Source: Antedon mediterranea (lineage: Eukaryota > Animalia > Echinodermata). From it: a DNA stretch of 64,000 nt. The DNA is taken from positions 15,828,871-15,892,870 of the forward strand of contig NC_092676.1 of assembly GCF_964355755.1 (NCBI RefSeq), in the 5' to 3' direction. The notes beneath the pieces are model-generated. The model saw only the letters and a list, made by a program, of their open reading frames with translations, was not told where the DNA came from and made no database searches. Positions within the stretch are counted from its first letter, which is position 1, and each line of letters starts with the position of its first letter. The position numbers and the translations under genes were made by a program. Of this stretch, positions 14,501-27,287 are shown piece by piece.

Positions 14501-17500
14501 CACCCACTAACATCAAGCCTGTGTATTGGAAACGATACGTTGATGATGTATTAGCTATCATCCCCATAGGTACAGTACATACATTTAACACACATCTTAA
14601 TAACATCGATATAACTGACAATATCAAGTTCACCACAGAATCGATGACAAACAACACAATACCTTTCCTGGACATGCTCATCACACTCAATGACAATGGA
14701 ACAGTTACCACCTCAGTCTATCGGAAGCCCACTCACACAGACCAATATTTACATTTCAACTCACATCATCCACTCGAACACAAACTGGGGCTTATAAACA
14801 CGCTTGTGGACAGAGCTGAGAAGGTAGTGGGAGATATGGATTTGAGGAAAGTTGAGATGGATAACATCAAGAAAGCGTTACACAACTGCCAGTATCCAGA
14901 GTGGTCCTTCCAGAGAGTTATGGAAAACCGAAAAAGGAAAAAGAACAAAGGACACGAACCACAGAAGGAAAAGATCAAGATGCGAGGTAGCATAGGAATC
15001 CCCTATGTAAAAGGAATGGCAGAAAGAATACGACGCACTCTCTCCTATCACAATGTCGGAACCTATTTCCTACCCCAAAATAAAATCAAGAATAGCCTCG
15101 TCCACCCAAAAGATAAAATCGAGAAGATGGATACATGTGGAGTAATCTACGAAGTCACCTGCCGCAACTGTCCACAAGTTTACATTGGGGAAACAGGGAG
15201 GGCATTACAAACACGAATTAATGATCACAAAAAAGATGTTACAACAAACACGGGGGGAGTAATGACTAGGGCCTCCAGAACATCCACATCTTCGATCATA
15301 CACAAATCTGCCATTACAGAACATGTCATAAAACACAATCATGTACCGAACTGGGAGGCTACCATCTTAACCAAAGAGCCTAAACGCAAAGACAGACAGA
15401 TTAGAGAATCATTACATATAAGGAGAAATAAAGAGAAGACCATGAACCGGGACACTGGAGCCCACGAACTCTCGCATTTGTACAATGATTTGATAGACAC
15501 ATCACCTGGCCGAGCCCCGCACAACCTCCAACCTACAACCGGAGGCGTACAACGTCATCAACAGATGACGTCAAGAATGACCAAGCTGCATTAACACTCC
15601 GCAGTCAGTTGAGAAGGATCTCTGATAGAGATCGAAACGTTCGAGTAAGTACTCCGTTAACTTGTGCTTTTACAAAAACGAAATTTGTCATCTATATAAT
15701 AGTGACTATGATGATAATGAGTGTGATAATGACAATGATGATAATGAGTATGATAGTGACGATGGTGATAATGACGATGGTGATAATGAGTATGATAGTG
15801 ACGATGGTGATAATGACGATGGTGATAATGAGTATGATAGTGACGATGGTGATGATGAGTGTGATAGTGATAATGGTGATAATGAGTATGATAGTGACGA
15901 TGGTGATGATGAGTGTGATAGTGATAATGGTGATAATGAGTATGATAGTGACGATGGTGACAATGGGTGTGATAGTGACGGAGGGTGATAATGAGTGTGT
16001 TAGTGGCAATTGGTGATAATAAGTGTGGTAGTGGCGATGGTGATGATGAGTATGATAGTGACGATGGTGATAATGAGTATGATAGTGACGATGGTGACAA
16101 TGGGTGTGATAGTGACGGAGGGTGATAATGAGTGTGTTAGTGGCAATGGTGATAATAAGTGTGGTAGTGGCGATGGTGATGATGAGTATGATAGTGACGA
16201 TGGTGATAATGAGTGTGATAGTGACGATGGTGATAATTAGTGTGATAGTGACGATTGTGATGATTAGTGTGATAGTGACGATTGTGATGATGAGTGTGAT
16301 AGTGACGATGGTGATAATGAGTACGATAGTGACGATGGTGATAATGAGTATGATAGTGACGATGGTGATGATGAGTGTGATAGTGATAATGGTGATAATG
16401 AGTGTGGTAGTGATAATGGTGATAATGAGTATGATAGTGACGATGGTGACAATGGGTGTGATAGTGATGGAGGGTGATAATGAGTGTGTTAGTGGCAATG
16501 GTGATAATAAGTGTGGTAGTGGCGATGGTGATGATGAGTATGATAGTGACGATGGTGATAATGAGTATGATAGTGACGATGGTGACAATGGGTGTGATAG
16601 TGACGGAGGGTGATAATAAGTGTGATAGTGACGATGGTGATAACGAGTATGATAGTGACGATGATGATAATTAGTATGGTAGTGGCGATGGTGATGATGA
16701 GTATGATAGTGACGATGGTGATAATGAGTGTGATAGTGACGATGGTGATAATTAGTGTGATAGTGACGATTGTGATGATTAGTGTGATAGTGACGATTGT
16801 GATGATGAGTGTGATAGTGACGATGGTGATAATGAGTACGATAGTGACGATGGTGATAATGAGTGTGATAGTGACGGATGGTGATAATGAGTGTGATAGT
16901 GACGATGGTGATAATGAGTGTGATAGTGATGATGGTGATGATGAGTGTGATAGTGGTAATGGTGATAATGACTATGATAGTGACGATGGTGATGATTAGT
17001 GTGATAGTGACGGATGGTGATAATGAGTGTAATAGTGACGGATGGTGATAATGAGTGTGATACTGACGCTGATAATAATGAGTATGATAGTGACAATGGT
17101 GATGATGAGTGTGATAGTGACGATAGTGATAATGACTATAATAGTGACGATGATGATAATGAGTGTGATAATGACGATGATGATAATGAGTATGATAGTG
17201 ACGATGATGATAATGAGTATGATAGTGACGATGGTGATAATGAGTATGATAGTGACGATGGTAATGAATGATAGTGACTATGATGATAATGACTATGATA
17301 GTGACGATGGTGATAATGAGTGTGATAGTGACGATGGTGATAATGAGTGTGGTAGTGACGATGGTGATAATAAGTATGATAGTTACGGATGGTGATAATG
17401 AGTGTGATAGTGATGATGGTGATAATGAGTGTGATAGTGACGGATGGTGATAATGAGTGTGATAGTGACGGATGGTGATAATGCGTGTGATAGTGACGAT

Positions 17501-20500
17501 AGTGATGATGAGTGTGATAGTGATGATGGTGATAATGAGTGTGATAGTGACGGATGGTGATAATGAGTGTGATAGTGACGGATGGTGATAATGAGTGTGA
17601 TAGTGACGATGGTGATAATGAGTGTGGTAATGGCGATGGTGATAATGTGTGTGATAGTGACGATGGTGGTAATGTAATATGATAGTGACGATGGTGATAA
17701 TGACTATGATAGTGACGATGGTAATGATGAGTATGATAGTGACGATGATGATAATGAGTGTGATAATGACGATGATGATAATGAGTATGATAGTGACGAT
17801 GGTGATAATGACGATGGTGATAATGAGTATGATAGTGACGATGGTAATGAATGATAGTGACTATGATGATAATGAGTATGATAGTGACGGATGGTGTTAA
17901 TGTAATATGATAGTGACGATAGTGATAATGAATCGACTATGGTAGTGACGATGGTGATAATGAGTGTGATAGTGACGATGGTGATAATGAGTATGATAGT
18001 GACGATGGTAATGAATGATAGTGACTATGATGATAATGAGTATGATAGTGACGGATGGTGTTAATGTAATATGATAGTGACGATAGTGATAATGAATCGA
18101 CTATGGTAGTGACGATGGTGATAATGAGTATGATAGTGACGATGGTGATAATGAGTATGATAGTGACGATGGTAATGAATGATAGTGACTATGATGATAA
18201 TGAGTATGATAGTGACGGATGGTGTTAATGTAATATGATAGTGACGATAGTGATAATGAATCGACTATGGTAGTGACGATGGTGATAATGTGTGTGGTAG
18301 TGACGATGGTGATAATGAGTGTGATAGTGATAATGGTGATAATGAGTGTGATAGTGACGATGGTGACAATGAGTATGATAGTGACGATGGAGATGATGAG
18401 TGTGATAGTGACGATGGTGATAATGAGTATGATAGTGACGCTGGTAATAATGAGTATGATAGTGACGATGTTAATAATGAGTATGATAGTGACGATGATG
18501 ATAATGACTATGATAGTGACAATGATGATGATGAGTATGATAGTGAAGATGGTGATAATGAGTATGATAGTGACGATGGTGATGATAAGTGTGGTAGTGA
18601 CGATGATGATAACGAGTATGATAGTGACGATGATGATAATTACTATGATAGTGACAATGATGATGATGAGTATGATAGTGACGATGGTGATGACAAGTGT
18701 GATAGTGACGATGATGATAACGAGTATGATAGTGACGATGATGATAACGAGTATGATAGTGACGATGGTGATAATGAGTATGATAGAGACGATGGTGATA
18801 ATGAGTGTGATAGTGACGATGGTGATAATGAGTGTGATAGTGACGATGGTGATAATAAGTGTGGTAGTGGCGATGGTGGTAATGAGTGTGATAGTGACGA
18901 TGGTGATAATGAGTGTGAAAGTGACGATGGTGATAATGAGTGTGATAGTGACGATGGTGATAATGTGTGTGATAGTGACGGATGGTGATAATGAGTGTGA
19001 TAGTGACGATGGTGATAATGAGTGTGGTAGTGACGATGGTGATAATGAGTGTGATAGTGACGATGGTGATAATGAGTGTGGTAGTGACGATGGTGATAAT
19101 GAGTATGATAGTGACGATGGTGATAATGAGTGTGGTAGTGACGATGGTGATAATGAGTATGATAGTGACGATGGTGATAATGTAATATGATAGTGATGAT
19201 GGTGATAATGAGTATGATAGTGACGATGGTGATAATGAGTATGATAGTGATGATGGTGATAATGAGTATGATAGTGACGATGGTGATAATGAGTGTGGTA
19301 GTGGCGATGGTGATGATGAGTATGTATAGCTTAATTGTTTGTAATTGGTGGACGCAATGCAATTAAGTACGGTACACTCAACCCATGTAGAAATAAACTT
19401 ATTTTTCCATGCTCAACCCAAGTAATTTGACCAATGCCAAGCGACGATGGATCAAACTGTTGTACGTTGTCCTAATACTACTGATTATTGTTATCTTAAT
19501 AGTAGAACTATTGTATTTTCATTCATACGTTCATTCAAAACAATTTATATGGTAAAGACAGATACAGTAGGAAAGTCAGACATTACCTGTTTGGTTTTCC
19601 TTTTAAGATTTTTATTTCTTTTACTTTCTTTATTTTTATTTTTTGATACTGTTGATGAATGTGTGCGTTTCTTTGCGACAGGTGGCGATAACGTTGACAA
19701 TGATGATGAAGGTCTTTTTGACTTTTTCATTTTTTCTTGTTTGTTGCCTTGTTTCTTTCCACTTGTGTTTTTAATCTCAGTACGATTTCTCTTATTTAGG
19801 ACAATAGGTGGTGGTGGTTTTAACACCGAACCAGACTTTGAAGATGGAATTTTTGCTGACACAAGATCACCTGCTGCCTGAGGAGACGACCTGCAAATAT
19901 TAGTTTCAAGATTTGTCAAATATTCATGTTGCATTTTATTTGCCATGTCAGTGGCGTGAGTCAAATTAAATGTGTCAACATATCTAGGCCTATCAAGTGT
20001 TATTAAATGTCCAAATATGTGACGTCCATATTTACTTTATTTTGTCATTGATTTTAATAATCAGAAAAAAGTGAAATCGAATGGAACTACATTTTTGATA
20101 AACAATTGCTATCTGAAATATTACCATTACCTAGGCATTACAGAACCTGTAGGCAAGTTATGCGCTTCAATTGAATTTGCTTTGACTGAAGTGATTTGTT
20201 TCTGCATACTTTTCAACATTTTTCCAACACGATTGTTGCGCATTTCTCGTTGAGGTCGAGGCGTAATTTTTCGACGAAACACATCTACTAAGGACTCTTT
20301 TGTAACATTTACATCATCAATGAACACCTTCCTCTGTAATAAAGGAACAAAATTCGAAGCAACGATAACGTTACTATGTTAGTCCGATCATGGAAAATGG
20401 TCCGATATAATTAGGCTATATGTTTTTTTTAATCATCTGAACACGTTCTTAAATGTTTGGCCATCTTTACGCGTCACGTTTACTTTTTCTCCTCCTTATC

Positions 20501-22625
20501 TTTATTTAAAACATACAGATTTAAAAGCCGGCGTCATGACTAACAATGACCGAAGCTCAATATAGATGCGTTTGTCGAGTGAAAATACACGTATACAAAA
20601 TAAAAATAATTATCACTGATATTAAATAAAGCTAAATATTCGTGGACGTTGGCTTTCGCCCAACCAATGATAAAGTATGGTAAAAACCCGTGAGCGACCA
20701 CTGATAAGGGGTATGAAAAGCTTTTGGAAACTACTATTGATAACGTTGATAATATCATAAATGATATTAAGTAATTATTAACAAACTTATCAATGGCTTA
20801 ATTGTTCAGGCATTGACTAAATTCTAAACAAATATTAACATACATTTAAACATTAATTTGAACAGATTCCAAACCATGTTTTTATGCGTGCGTGACATGA
20901 ATACTGATTGTTTTTTGTTTAGCGACAGCTTGCTCATAAAAATTGCGCAAGCCGTGTCTTATGGTTATGTAAATGAATATGCAAGAGTTAGTTAAAACTA
21001 AACTAAATCTGTGGAATCCAATCTGTGTCATGTGTGTTATTTACAATTATTATATATCTAATTTTAAATGTATTAAATTGCACAGATATACGTCAAAATA
21101 TAGGTCTTGAAATTGCTATGCAAAATAATGTGTGCAAACTATCTTTTGTGAAAATATACAATAGTAATATTGTTTATTTGCCAAATCATTAACAACAATC
21201 ATTCTTAGTTTCATTTCATTTATTTCAGTGATGAATTGGTAAAGATTACTATAACTCCAAGAGTCACCAGTTTTAACCTAAATAAATTCATAATAAACAA
21301 TATAGTTAGAGGTGTATGCAAACAAATAAACAATACTTATAATCAATAATAAAACAAATTGCTATATCGCCCATGTTACTTGTGGCACCTAATGTAATAT
21401 AATGTTGCGTTGTTGAGGTACTAATGAAGACTCTGACTCACTTGACTGTCGTAACACATATTGTTTATTCAGTATAATACTTCAGTACAATATACAACTA
21501 TAAGTATAGATAAGGAACGGAGGATCAATGATGCTGTCGGTGAGGTGTGAAGTGTGTAAGTCTGCTTCTGAAGAAGTGGCTGTAAGGTGTGTGCTCCGTG
21601 AGGTGGCTGTAAGGTGTGGATGTTCTTCTGAAGAAGTGGCTGTGAGGTGTGTGCTCCGTGAAGTGGCTGTAAGGTGTAGATGTTCTTCTGAAACTTGGGA
21701 GTATATTGGCCCTCGGTTCATTTGCATATGTCACTACGTAATCTGTGAGGGTAACGATTGGTCCTAAGTTGATCCAGGGGTGTTTAAGTGGGAATGATTG
21801 ATCTTATCTGGGGAGGTTACAATGATGAATTGGCCCTGTCGAATCTCTGCTAAAAACTGTCAATATCTAATTGTTTTACGATGGGAACAGTCACGAAATT
21901 AAGCTAAGTGTTTTCTTTAGGGACTCTATTATAAACTAAATGGTCATTAAAACATATGGACAAACTCTCCTCTGGACTTTCTGGGTCAAGTTTGTGAACT
22001 TATTTGAATTCCGATACAAAGGTCAATTTCTTAAATATAAAAGTATATCGTTATATTACATCCCTCTGTTTCCCTTTTTTTTTTTTTTTTTATCTATTTT
22101 AAATATAAAAATGGTTATACTAGTGGCATGCAAAATTAAAGTTATATAAAAGAAAAAAAAACATTATACATATAAGCAAAAGTTGAGTTAGCCAAAACCA
22201 TTGACTCTGAAGTGTAACCTTATCACTTTCACTCTCTCTCTTCTCTCTCTTAAAAAAAATGAAATTAAAAATGAATTTGGTATAAAATTCGCGTAAATCA
22301 AACATAAATCAGTTGAAACTAAAAATACAAAACTTAAAAATAGTATGTTACATTGAACATACATCAAATCGTGCGACAACTCATCGCGTTCTAATGGTCT
22401 TCAAACATAAATCATAAAGTATATCGTTATATTACACTAACTTAACTAAAGACAGTCGACACCACAAATGGGCAACAATGGTGCTCCATACAATTGTTCT
22501 TGATAGACTTAACTCTTAATAAAAATAATCGATTTTACCTGTTGTAAAATGTTTATCAACGATTGCCTTGTTAGGTTTCCTGGATTCAGTAAGTTACACA
22601 GTTCTTGATTCAAAGTATCTTCCAT
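8565..22625 (-). CDS. C2orf49: Ashwin-like protein (tRNA-splicing ligase complex associated); exons 22625-22539, 20333-20131, 19890-19587, candidate last exon 8690-8565 (alternatively read-through to stop at 19545)
   Basis: MEDTLNQELCNLLNPGNLTRQSLINILQQ|RKVFIDDVNVTKESLVDVFRRKITPRPQREMRNNRVGKMLK resembles the Ashwin N-terminus (LLHPELLS...PLPQRDLPKNRWGKMM, recalled) and is followed by a Lys-rich region. GT/AG junctions have compatible phases (0,2,0). The last exon is less certain. Confidence 0.72.
8796..11215. repeat. 27-bp minisatellite, left block (consensus GATGGTGATAATGAGTGTGATAGTGAC)
   Basis: Dozens of tandem degenerate 27-mers with a strongly C-poor plus strand. Confidence 0.97.
11664..13282. 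mobile_element. Non-autonomous hAT-superfamily DNA transposon (1619 bp)
   Basis: TIRs CAGGGGTGGCGCCAG / CTGGCGCCACCACTG (14 of 15 match) and a perfect 8-bp TSD AGTTAGAA (11656-11663, 13283-13290). Subterminal CCCCGACGAGGGGGCTA motifs; no transposase ORF. Confidence 0.9.
12561..13212. repeat. Internal tandem duplication (~330 bp x2) inside the hAT element
   Basis: GTAACCGTC(A/G)GTAAACTTCGCCTGGAAAATAACTACA starts at 12561 and at 12894, and similarity continues to CCCGTGTTCCC in both copies. Confidence 0.9.
15697..19323. repeat. 27-bp minisatellite, right block, with higher-order duplications
   Basis: Same unit as 8796-11215. The variant block containing GGTGTTAATGTAATATG...AATGAATCGACTATGG recurs three times at ~17880-18270. 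Confidence 0.97.
21540..21692. repeat. Short compound tandem repeat (GTGGCTGT(A/G)AGGTGT units, ~60-bp higher order) in Ashwin intron 1
   Basis: GAAGTGGCTGTAAGGTGTGTGCTCCGT and TGTTCTTCTGAA recur. Confidence 0.75.
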
Positions 22626-23643
22626 AATTCTTTCGATGTAGGCCTGGCCAAAGCTTATTAGGTTATGCCAATCAAGACTATTTAAATGGTCGATTGACTC
22701 ATTTTCGGAAAATCCCGCTCGAGTATTATTCTTATCAACAATCTATTACACCGTCGGATATTGTATATTTCCATTAATAAAAAGTGGTCTTTGCCAAAGC
22801 AATTAAAAATGACATTATGAACAGTAAACGGTGGGGGAAGTGGGGGTGGTGGTGGAGTGGGGTGGTGGTGGAGTGGTGGGAGTGTCAATGGGGTTACAGA
22901 GGATCCGACGACATTAGACATTTAAGAGAAGTTTTAGTTGCTTTTAGAGATGAAAATCTTTGATTATTTTAATAAATATATATTTTTTGTATTTAGAAAT
23001 ATTTTTCTCTCCGAAAAATATTGGTTGGAGGGGTAGGGTAGGCGGCGTTTTTTGATGGCGCCATCCACTGACTGGTTCACATCCCACATTATGCCTTAGC
23101 GTATTCCAATATCATTTTTTGAAAATATGCTTATCGTTCTCCACGCTCCCCACAATCGCGCTTCCATTTTGGCTGTTTTACTTTACATTAGGCCTATATT
23201 GATTTTGTAAGAAAGTGATGTGTTTGTTCGCATTAGTGTTCTTCTTAGATGCTGCACATTGGAGAGAAAATAACAAAAGAAAGATCTTTAAAAATCTTAA
23301 TATTATAACTCTCCCAGATTATAGAGATCCTGAATCTACGCCTAATAAAAGACGACGTATCCCTGTATCCAATGCTAAACAGTTGGTTTTATTATGACTC
23401 TGTATAAAGGAGGCATAACAATTGAAATGACGTAAGAGTATATTGAATGCAGTAGGTGTATCAATAATGTGTGCGATTGAAATAAATTCATTATCCGGAT
23501 TATCGATTTCTCATCGTTACTGTAATTCTAAATACATGTTAAGCGTTTCTAATTTCGTTGTGTATGCTTTTTTAAAAACTGATACCATTAATCCAGTTTT
23601 ATCCATCGCCTAGGAGATTATGCCTACAATGAATAATTGGAAG

Positions 23644-25150
23644 ATGATTGAGCGGGGCAACAGTGTGTGCTGGGATATATTGATAGCCATATTTCACCCT
23701 GATGATTGAGCGCGGCAACAGTGTGCGCTGGGATATATTGATAGCCATATTTCACCCTGATGATTGAGCGCGGCAACAGTGTGCGCTGCGAAATATTGAT
23801 AGCCATATTTCACCCTGATGATTGAGCGCGGCAACAGTGTGTGCTGCGATATATTGATAGCCATATTTCACCCTGATGATTGAGCGCGGCAACAGTGTGC
23901 GCTGCGATATATTGATAGCCATATTTCACCCTGATGGTTGAGCGCGGCAACAGTGTGCGCTGCGATATATTGATAGCCATATTTCACCCTGATGATTGAG
24001 CGCGGCAACAGTGTGCGCTGGGATATATTGATAGCCATATTTCACCCTGATGATTGAGCGCGGCAACAGTGTGCGCTGCGATATATTGATAGCCATATTT
24101 CACCCTGATGATTGAGCGCGGCAACAGTGTGTGCTGCGATATATTGATAGCCATATTTCACCCTGATGATTGAGCGCGGCAACAGTGTGTGCTGCGATAT
24201 ATTGGTAGCCATATTTCACCCTGATGATTGAGCGCGGCAACAGTGTGTGCTGCGATATATTGATAGCCATATTTCACCCTGATGATTGAGCGCGGCAACA
24301 GTGTGTGCTGCGATATATTGATAGCCATATTTCACCCTGATGATTGAGCGCGGCAACAGTGTGTGCTGCGATATATTGATAGCCATATTTCACCCTGATG
24401 ATTGAGCGCGGCAACAGTGTGTGCTGCGGTATATTGGTAGCCATATTTCACCCTGATGATTGAGCGCGGCAACAGTGTGCGCTGCGATATATTGATAGCC
24501 ATATTTCACCCTGATGATTGAGCGCGGCAACAGTGTGCGCTGCGATATATTGATAGCCATATTTCACCCTGATGATTGAGCGCGGCAACAGTGTGCGCTG
24601 CGATATATTGATAGCCATATTTCACCCTGATGATTGAGCGCGGCAACAGTGTGTGCTGCGATATATTGGTAGCCATATTTCACCCTGATGATTGAGCGCG
24701 GCAACAGTGTGTGCTGCGATATATTGGTAGCCATATTTCACCCTGATGATTGAGCGCGGCAACAGTGTGTGCTGCGATATATTGGTAGCCATATTTCACC
24801 CTGATGATTGAGCGCGGCAACAGTGTGTGCTGCGATATATTGATAGCCATATTTCACCCTGATGATTGAGCGCGGCAACAGTGTGCGCTGCGATATATTG
24901 ATAGCCATATTTCACCCTGATGATTGAGCGCGGCAACAGTGTGCGCTGCGATATATTGATAGCCATATTTCACCCTGATGATTGAGCGCGGCAACAGTGT
25001 GTGCTGCGATATATTGATAGCCATATTTCACCCTGGTGATTGAGCGCGGCAACAGTGTGTGCTGCGATATATTGATAGCCATATTTCACCCTGATGATTG
25101 AGCGCGGCAACAGTGTGTGCTGCGATATATTGATAGCCATATTTCACCCT
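23644..25150. repeat. 58-bp tandem repeat (VNTR), ~26 highly homogeneous copies
   Basis: Unit GATGATTGAGCGCGGCAACAGTGTG(C/T)GCTGCGATATATTG(A/G)TAGCCATATTTCACCCT with no unique spacers. Confidence 0.97.
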
Positions 25151-25763
25151 CCATCAACAAACTCAAAGAACAAATGAAACCTATAAATATTACCATAGTA
25201 ACAATCGATATAAACACAACAAAATAATATAGTAGTTCATAAATTGAAAGAGTAAGCCAATTATGCCTCATTTACTATATAACAGTGTAGATCGTAATAT
25301 TATCCGTTGAAACCTGCGACAGTTTATTTTACGTATACAAATCAGGATCATCAGAATAAAACCTAACGTGAGTATACCCTCTGTAGTCTACCACGATCTT
25401 ATTTATTCATTTATATCGCAAATAAAGCGGCTTTTTTGTTCGTTATTCAGTATTTTGTATATGAAAACGATAAAAAAATACATAATTCAGTGGGAAGGTA
25501 TTTTATACGCTTGTCTGAAATTACTATTTCTGAAACATCGATGTTAGCGAAAGGGAGGTGTAAGATTATACGAGAATGGTGGCCCCCAATAAAAGGGTTC
25601 TGGTTTGGAATATGTTTATTTGTTTTTATTTTAAACCGACGAAGATCCGACTGTAAAATGCAAGCAGTTCTATGAAATTTGTATTTTACACTGCTATGTG
25701 CTAGTTGTTTTTTCAAAAAGTTAACGTCATTATAATTATTTTCTTATATAGAATATCATTGAA

Positions 25764-27287
25764 ATGGCATCAGACGCTGCCAGTAAATACGAAGAAGAAG
25801 CACGATGCAGTATAATTCAGTGTACCTTATGTAAACAGCAATACAAAGATCCTAGAACGTTGTCGTGTCTACATACATTCTGTCTAAAATGCTTACGTTT
25901 GTATATTGAAGACTTGGACGGCTCGAAACCGAAATGCACAATATGCGGAACTGAATTCTCTGGCTCTGAAAAAGACATTGAGCATTTACAAACAGATGTA
26001 CTAATTAATCGTACACTTGAATGCAAAAATGAAGAACTTTCTGATCAAGTATGCTCATTGTGTGACTCTGAAGCAACCGAGAAATGCTTCCACTGTAACC
26101 ATTGTCTTTGTGACCGAGATGCAGATAACCATCGCAAAATTCCTTCAACAATGAATCACACGCTGGTGAAACTGAAAGAATACCAGCAGATGTCGGCATC
26201 AGAGCGTCTTTCTCTTCGTCCAACAAAGTGTTCGCAGTCGCATCATGGAGATTGTACTGTAGACTATTTCTGCTCAACTTGTGATACACCGGTGTGCATC
26301 AAATGCACGTTGACAGACCATGACCGTACAGAGCATAATTTACACAGCATGAACGAGGTTATCGAGACAGACAAAAAAGAACTTAGCGAAGAACAATTGT
26401 TTGTAGCCACACAATACAAGCAACTAACCAAAGCTGAAAAGAAAATCTTTGAAACAAGAGAAAAACTCACTAAAGCAAAAGAGGAAGCGATAAAAATAAT
26501 AACAGAACGGTCGAATGATTTGAGAAAACACATAGACAGGCTGCAAAATGAATTAGCTGATGATATCACCGCAAAATACAACACAAAGGTGAATGTTCTT
26601 GACAAACAGCTCGATGACATGGATCGTCGCATGAATGAAATGGACATGACGACGGCATACATCGACGCATTAATGCAATGCAAGAACCCAGAGGTATTCC
26701 TAGATGCTAGTAAAAAATGGTACGAACAATTTAAAGAAAAGAAACCAGATTACTCGGAAGTTGAAGTTGAGCCAATTGAGAACTCGTACCTTAGAGTGGA
26801 ACTGGACGAGAAACCAATAGACGATATTGTAAAAGCAGAACTAATCTGCACTGTATTCTGTACATCTGCAGTTGGTTGTCATTCACAACTCAATGGTTGT
26901 CCAGATGAAGCCGAGATTGGCTCTGACGTTAAGTTTAACATCGTAATTAAAGATAAAAATGATTCAAAGGTTGCACTTTGTGGAACGTCGCCAGATGTGG
27001 AAATTACGAGTCCTAATGACCATAAGACAGTTTTAAATGGTGAAACAACTTCAGGTAGTAAATTCAAATACGAATGGAGTCCAACTTCTCTTGGTAAACA
27101 CACTTTATCAGTTCGACTTTTCAATAATGACGTGAAGGGTTCGCCAAAGGTAATTAGCATATACCCCAAAAATAGCAAAGGTCAACACAAAAATGATAAA
27201 GGTGGAAGTAATAGCACACAAAAGAAATCAGGATCATCTTCAAAACATGTAAAGTCAGAACAAAGAAAAGCAGGATGGAAAAAGTAA
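25764..27287 (+). CDS. TRIM E3 ligase (RING, B-box1, B-box2, coiled coil, filamin/Ig-like; TRIM45/TRIM2/3-like, no NHL), 507 aa, single coding exon
   Basis: C3HC4 RING CTLC...PRTLSCLHTFCLKC...CTIC, B-boxes CSLC...CFHCNHCLC...H and C...H...FCSTCDTPVCIKC...H, and filamin end GKHTLSVRLFNNDVKGSP. Candidate 5'UTR intron from GTGAGT (25368) to TAG (25751). Confidence 0.9.
   Translation: MASDAASKYEEEARCSIIQCTLCKQQYKDPRTLSCLHTFCLKCLRLYIEDLDGSKPKCTICGTEFSGSEKDIEHLQTDVLINRTLECKNEELSDQVCSLCDSEATEKCFHCNHCLCDRDADNHRKIPSTMNHTLVKLKEYQQMSASERLSLRPTKCSQSHHGDCTVDYFCSTCDTPVCIKCTLTDHDRTEHNLHSMNEVIETDKKELSEEQLFVATQYKQLTKAEKKIFETREKLTKAKEEAIKIITERSNDLRKHIDRLQNELADDITAKYNTKVNVLDKQLDDMDRRMNEMDMTTAYIDALMQCKNPEVFLDASKKWYEQFKEKKPDYSEVEVEPIENSYLRVELDEKPIDDIVKAELICTVFCTSAVGCHSQLNGCPDEAEIGSDVKFNIVIKDKNDSKVALCGTSPDVEITSPNDHKTVLNGETTSGSKFKYEWSPTSLGKHTLSVRLFNNDVKGSPKVISIYPKNSKGQHKNDKGGSNSTQKKSGSSSKHVKSEQRKAGWKK

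Larger units (their letters stand above)
11394..15594 (+). pseudogene. Penelope RT + GIY-YIG ORF (~857 aa reconstructed: 11394-11663 joined to 13291-15594), disrupted by a DNA transposon
   Basis: PADKG, LPKIHKPNWPLRPIV, SFDVVSLFT, GIAMGSPISP, YVDD, YRKPTHTDQYLHFNSHHP and GVIYEVTCRNCPQVYIGETGR...H. Removing 11664-13290 restores the frame (...ITQLE|GKKKDLNEE...). Confidence 0.92.
11216..15696 (+). mobile_element. Near full-length Penelope/Poseidon-type retroelement with inverted 5' pLTR and direct 3' pLTR
   Basis: 11216-11306 is the exact reverse complement of 11321-11411. The pLTR GTTCGAGTAAGTACTCCGTTAACTTGTGC...CATCTATA recurs at 15639-15696. TATAATAGTGACT occurs at both junctions (11204-11216, 15695-15707). 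Confidence 0.93.

Noticed and set aside
8792-19362. Long ORFs (D/N/E-rich, H/Y-rich, MVIM and SLSP repeats) as real genes
   Set aside because: They are by-products of a 27-bp triplet repeat open in several frames on both strands. Unit variants introduce frameshifts and stops, and there is no signal peptide or unique domain.
23054-23070. GATGGCGCCATCCACTG resembling the hAT TIR
   Set aside because: No partner TIR or TSD found nearby.
23644-25150. 58-bp array as a CRISPR array, tandem hammerhead (CTGATGA) or box C/D snoRNA cluster (TGATGA...CTGA)
   Set aside because: There are no unique spacers or cas genes. CTGATGA arises only at unit junctions (the first unit is preceded by GAA and the last ends CCCTCC), GAAA occurs in only one copy, and no stem I or convincing rRNA guide is visible.
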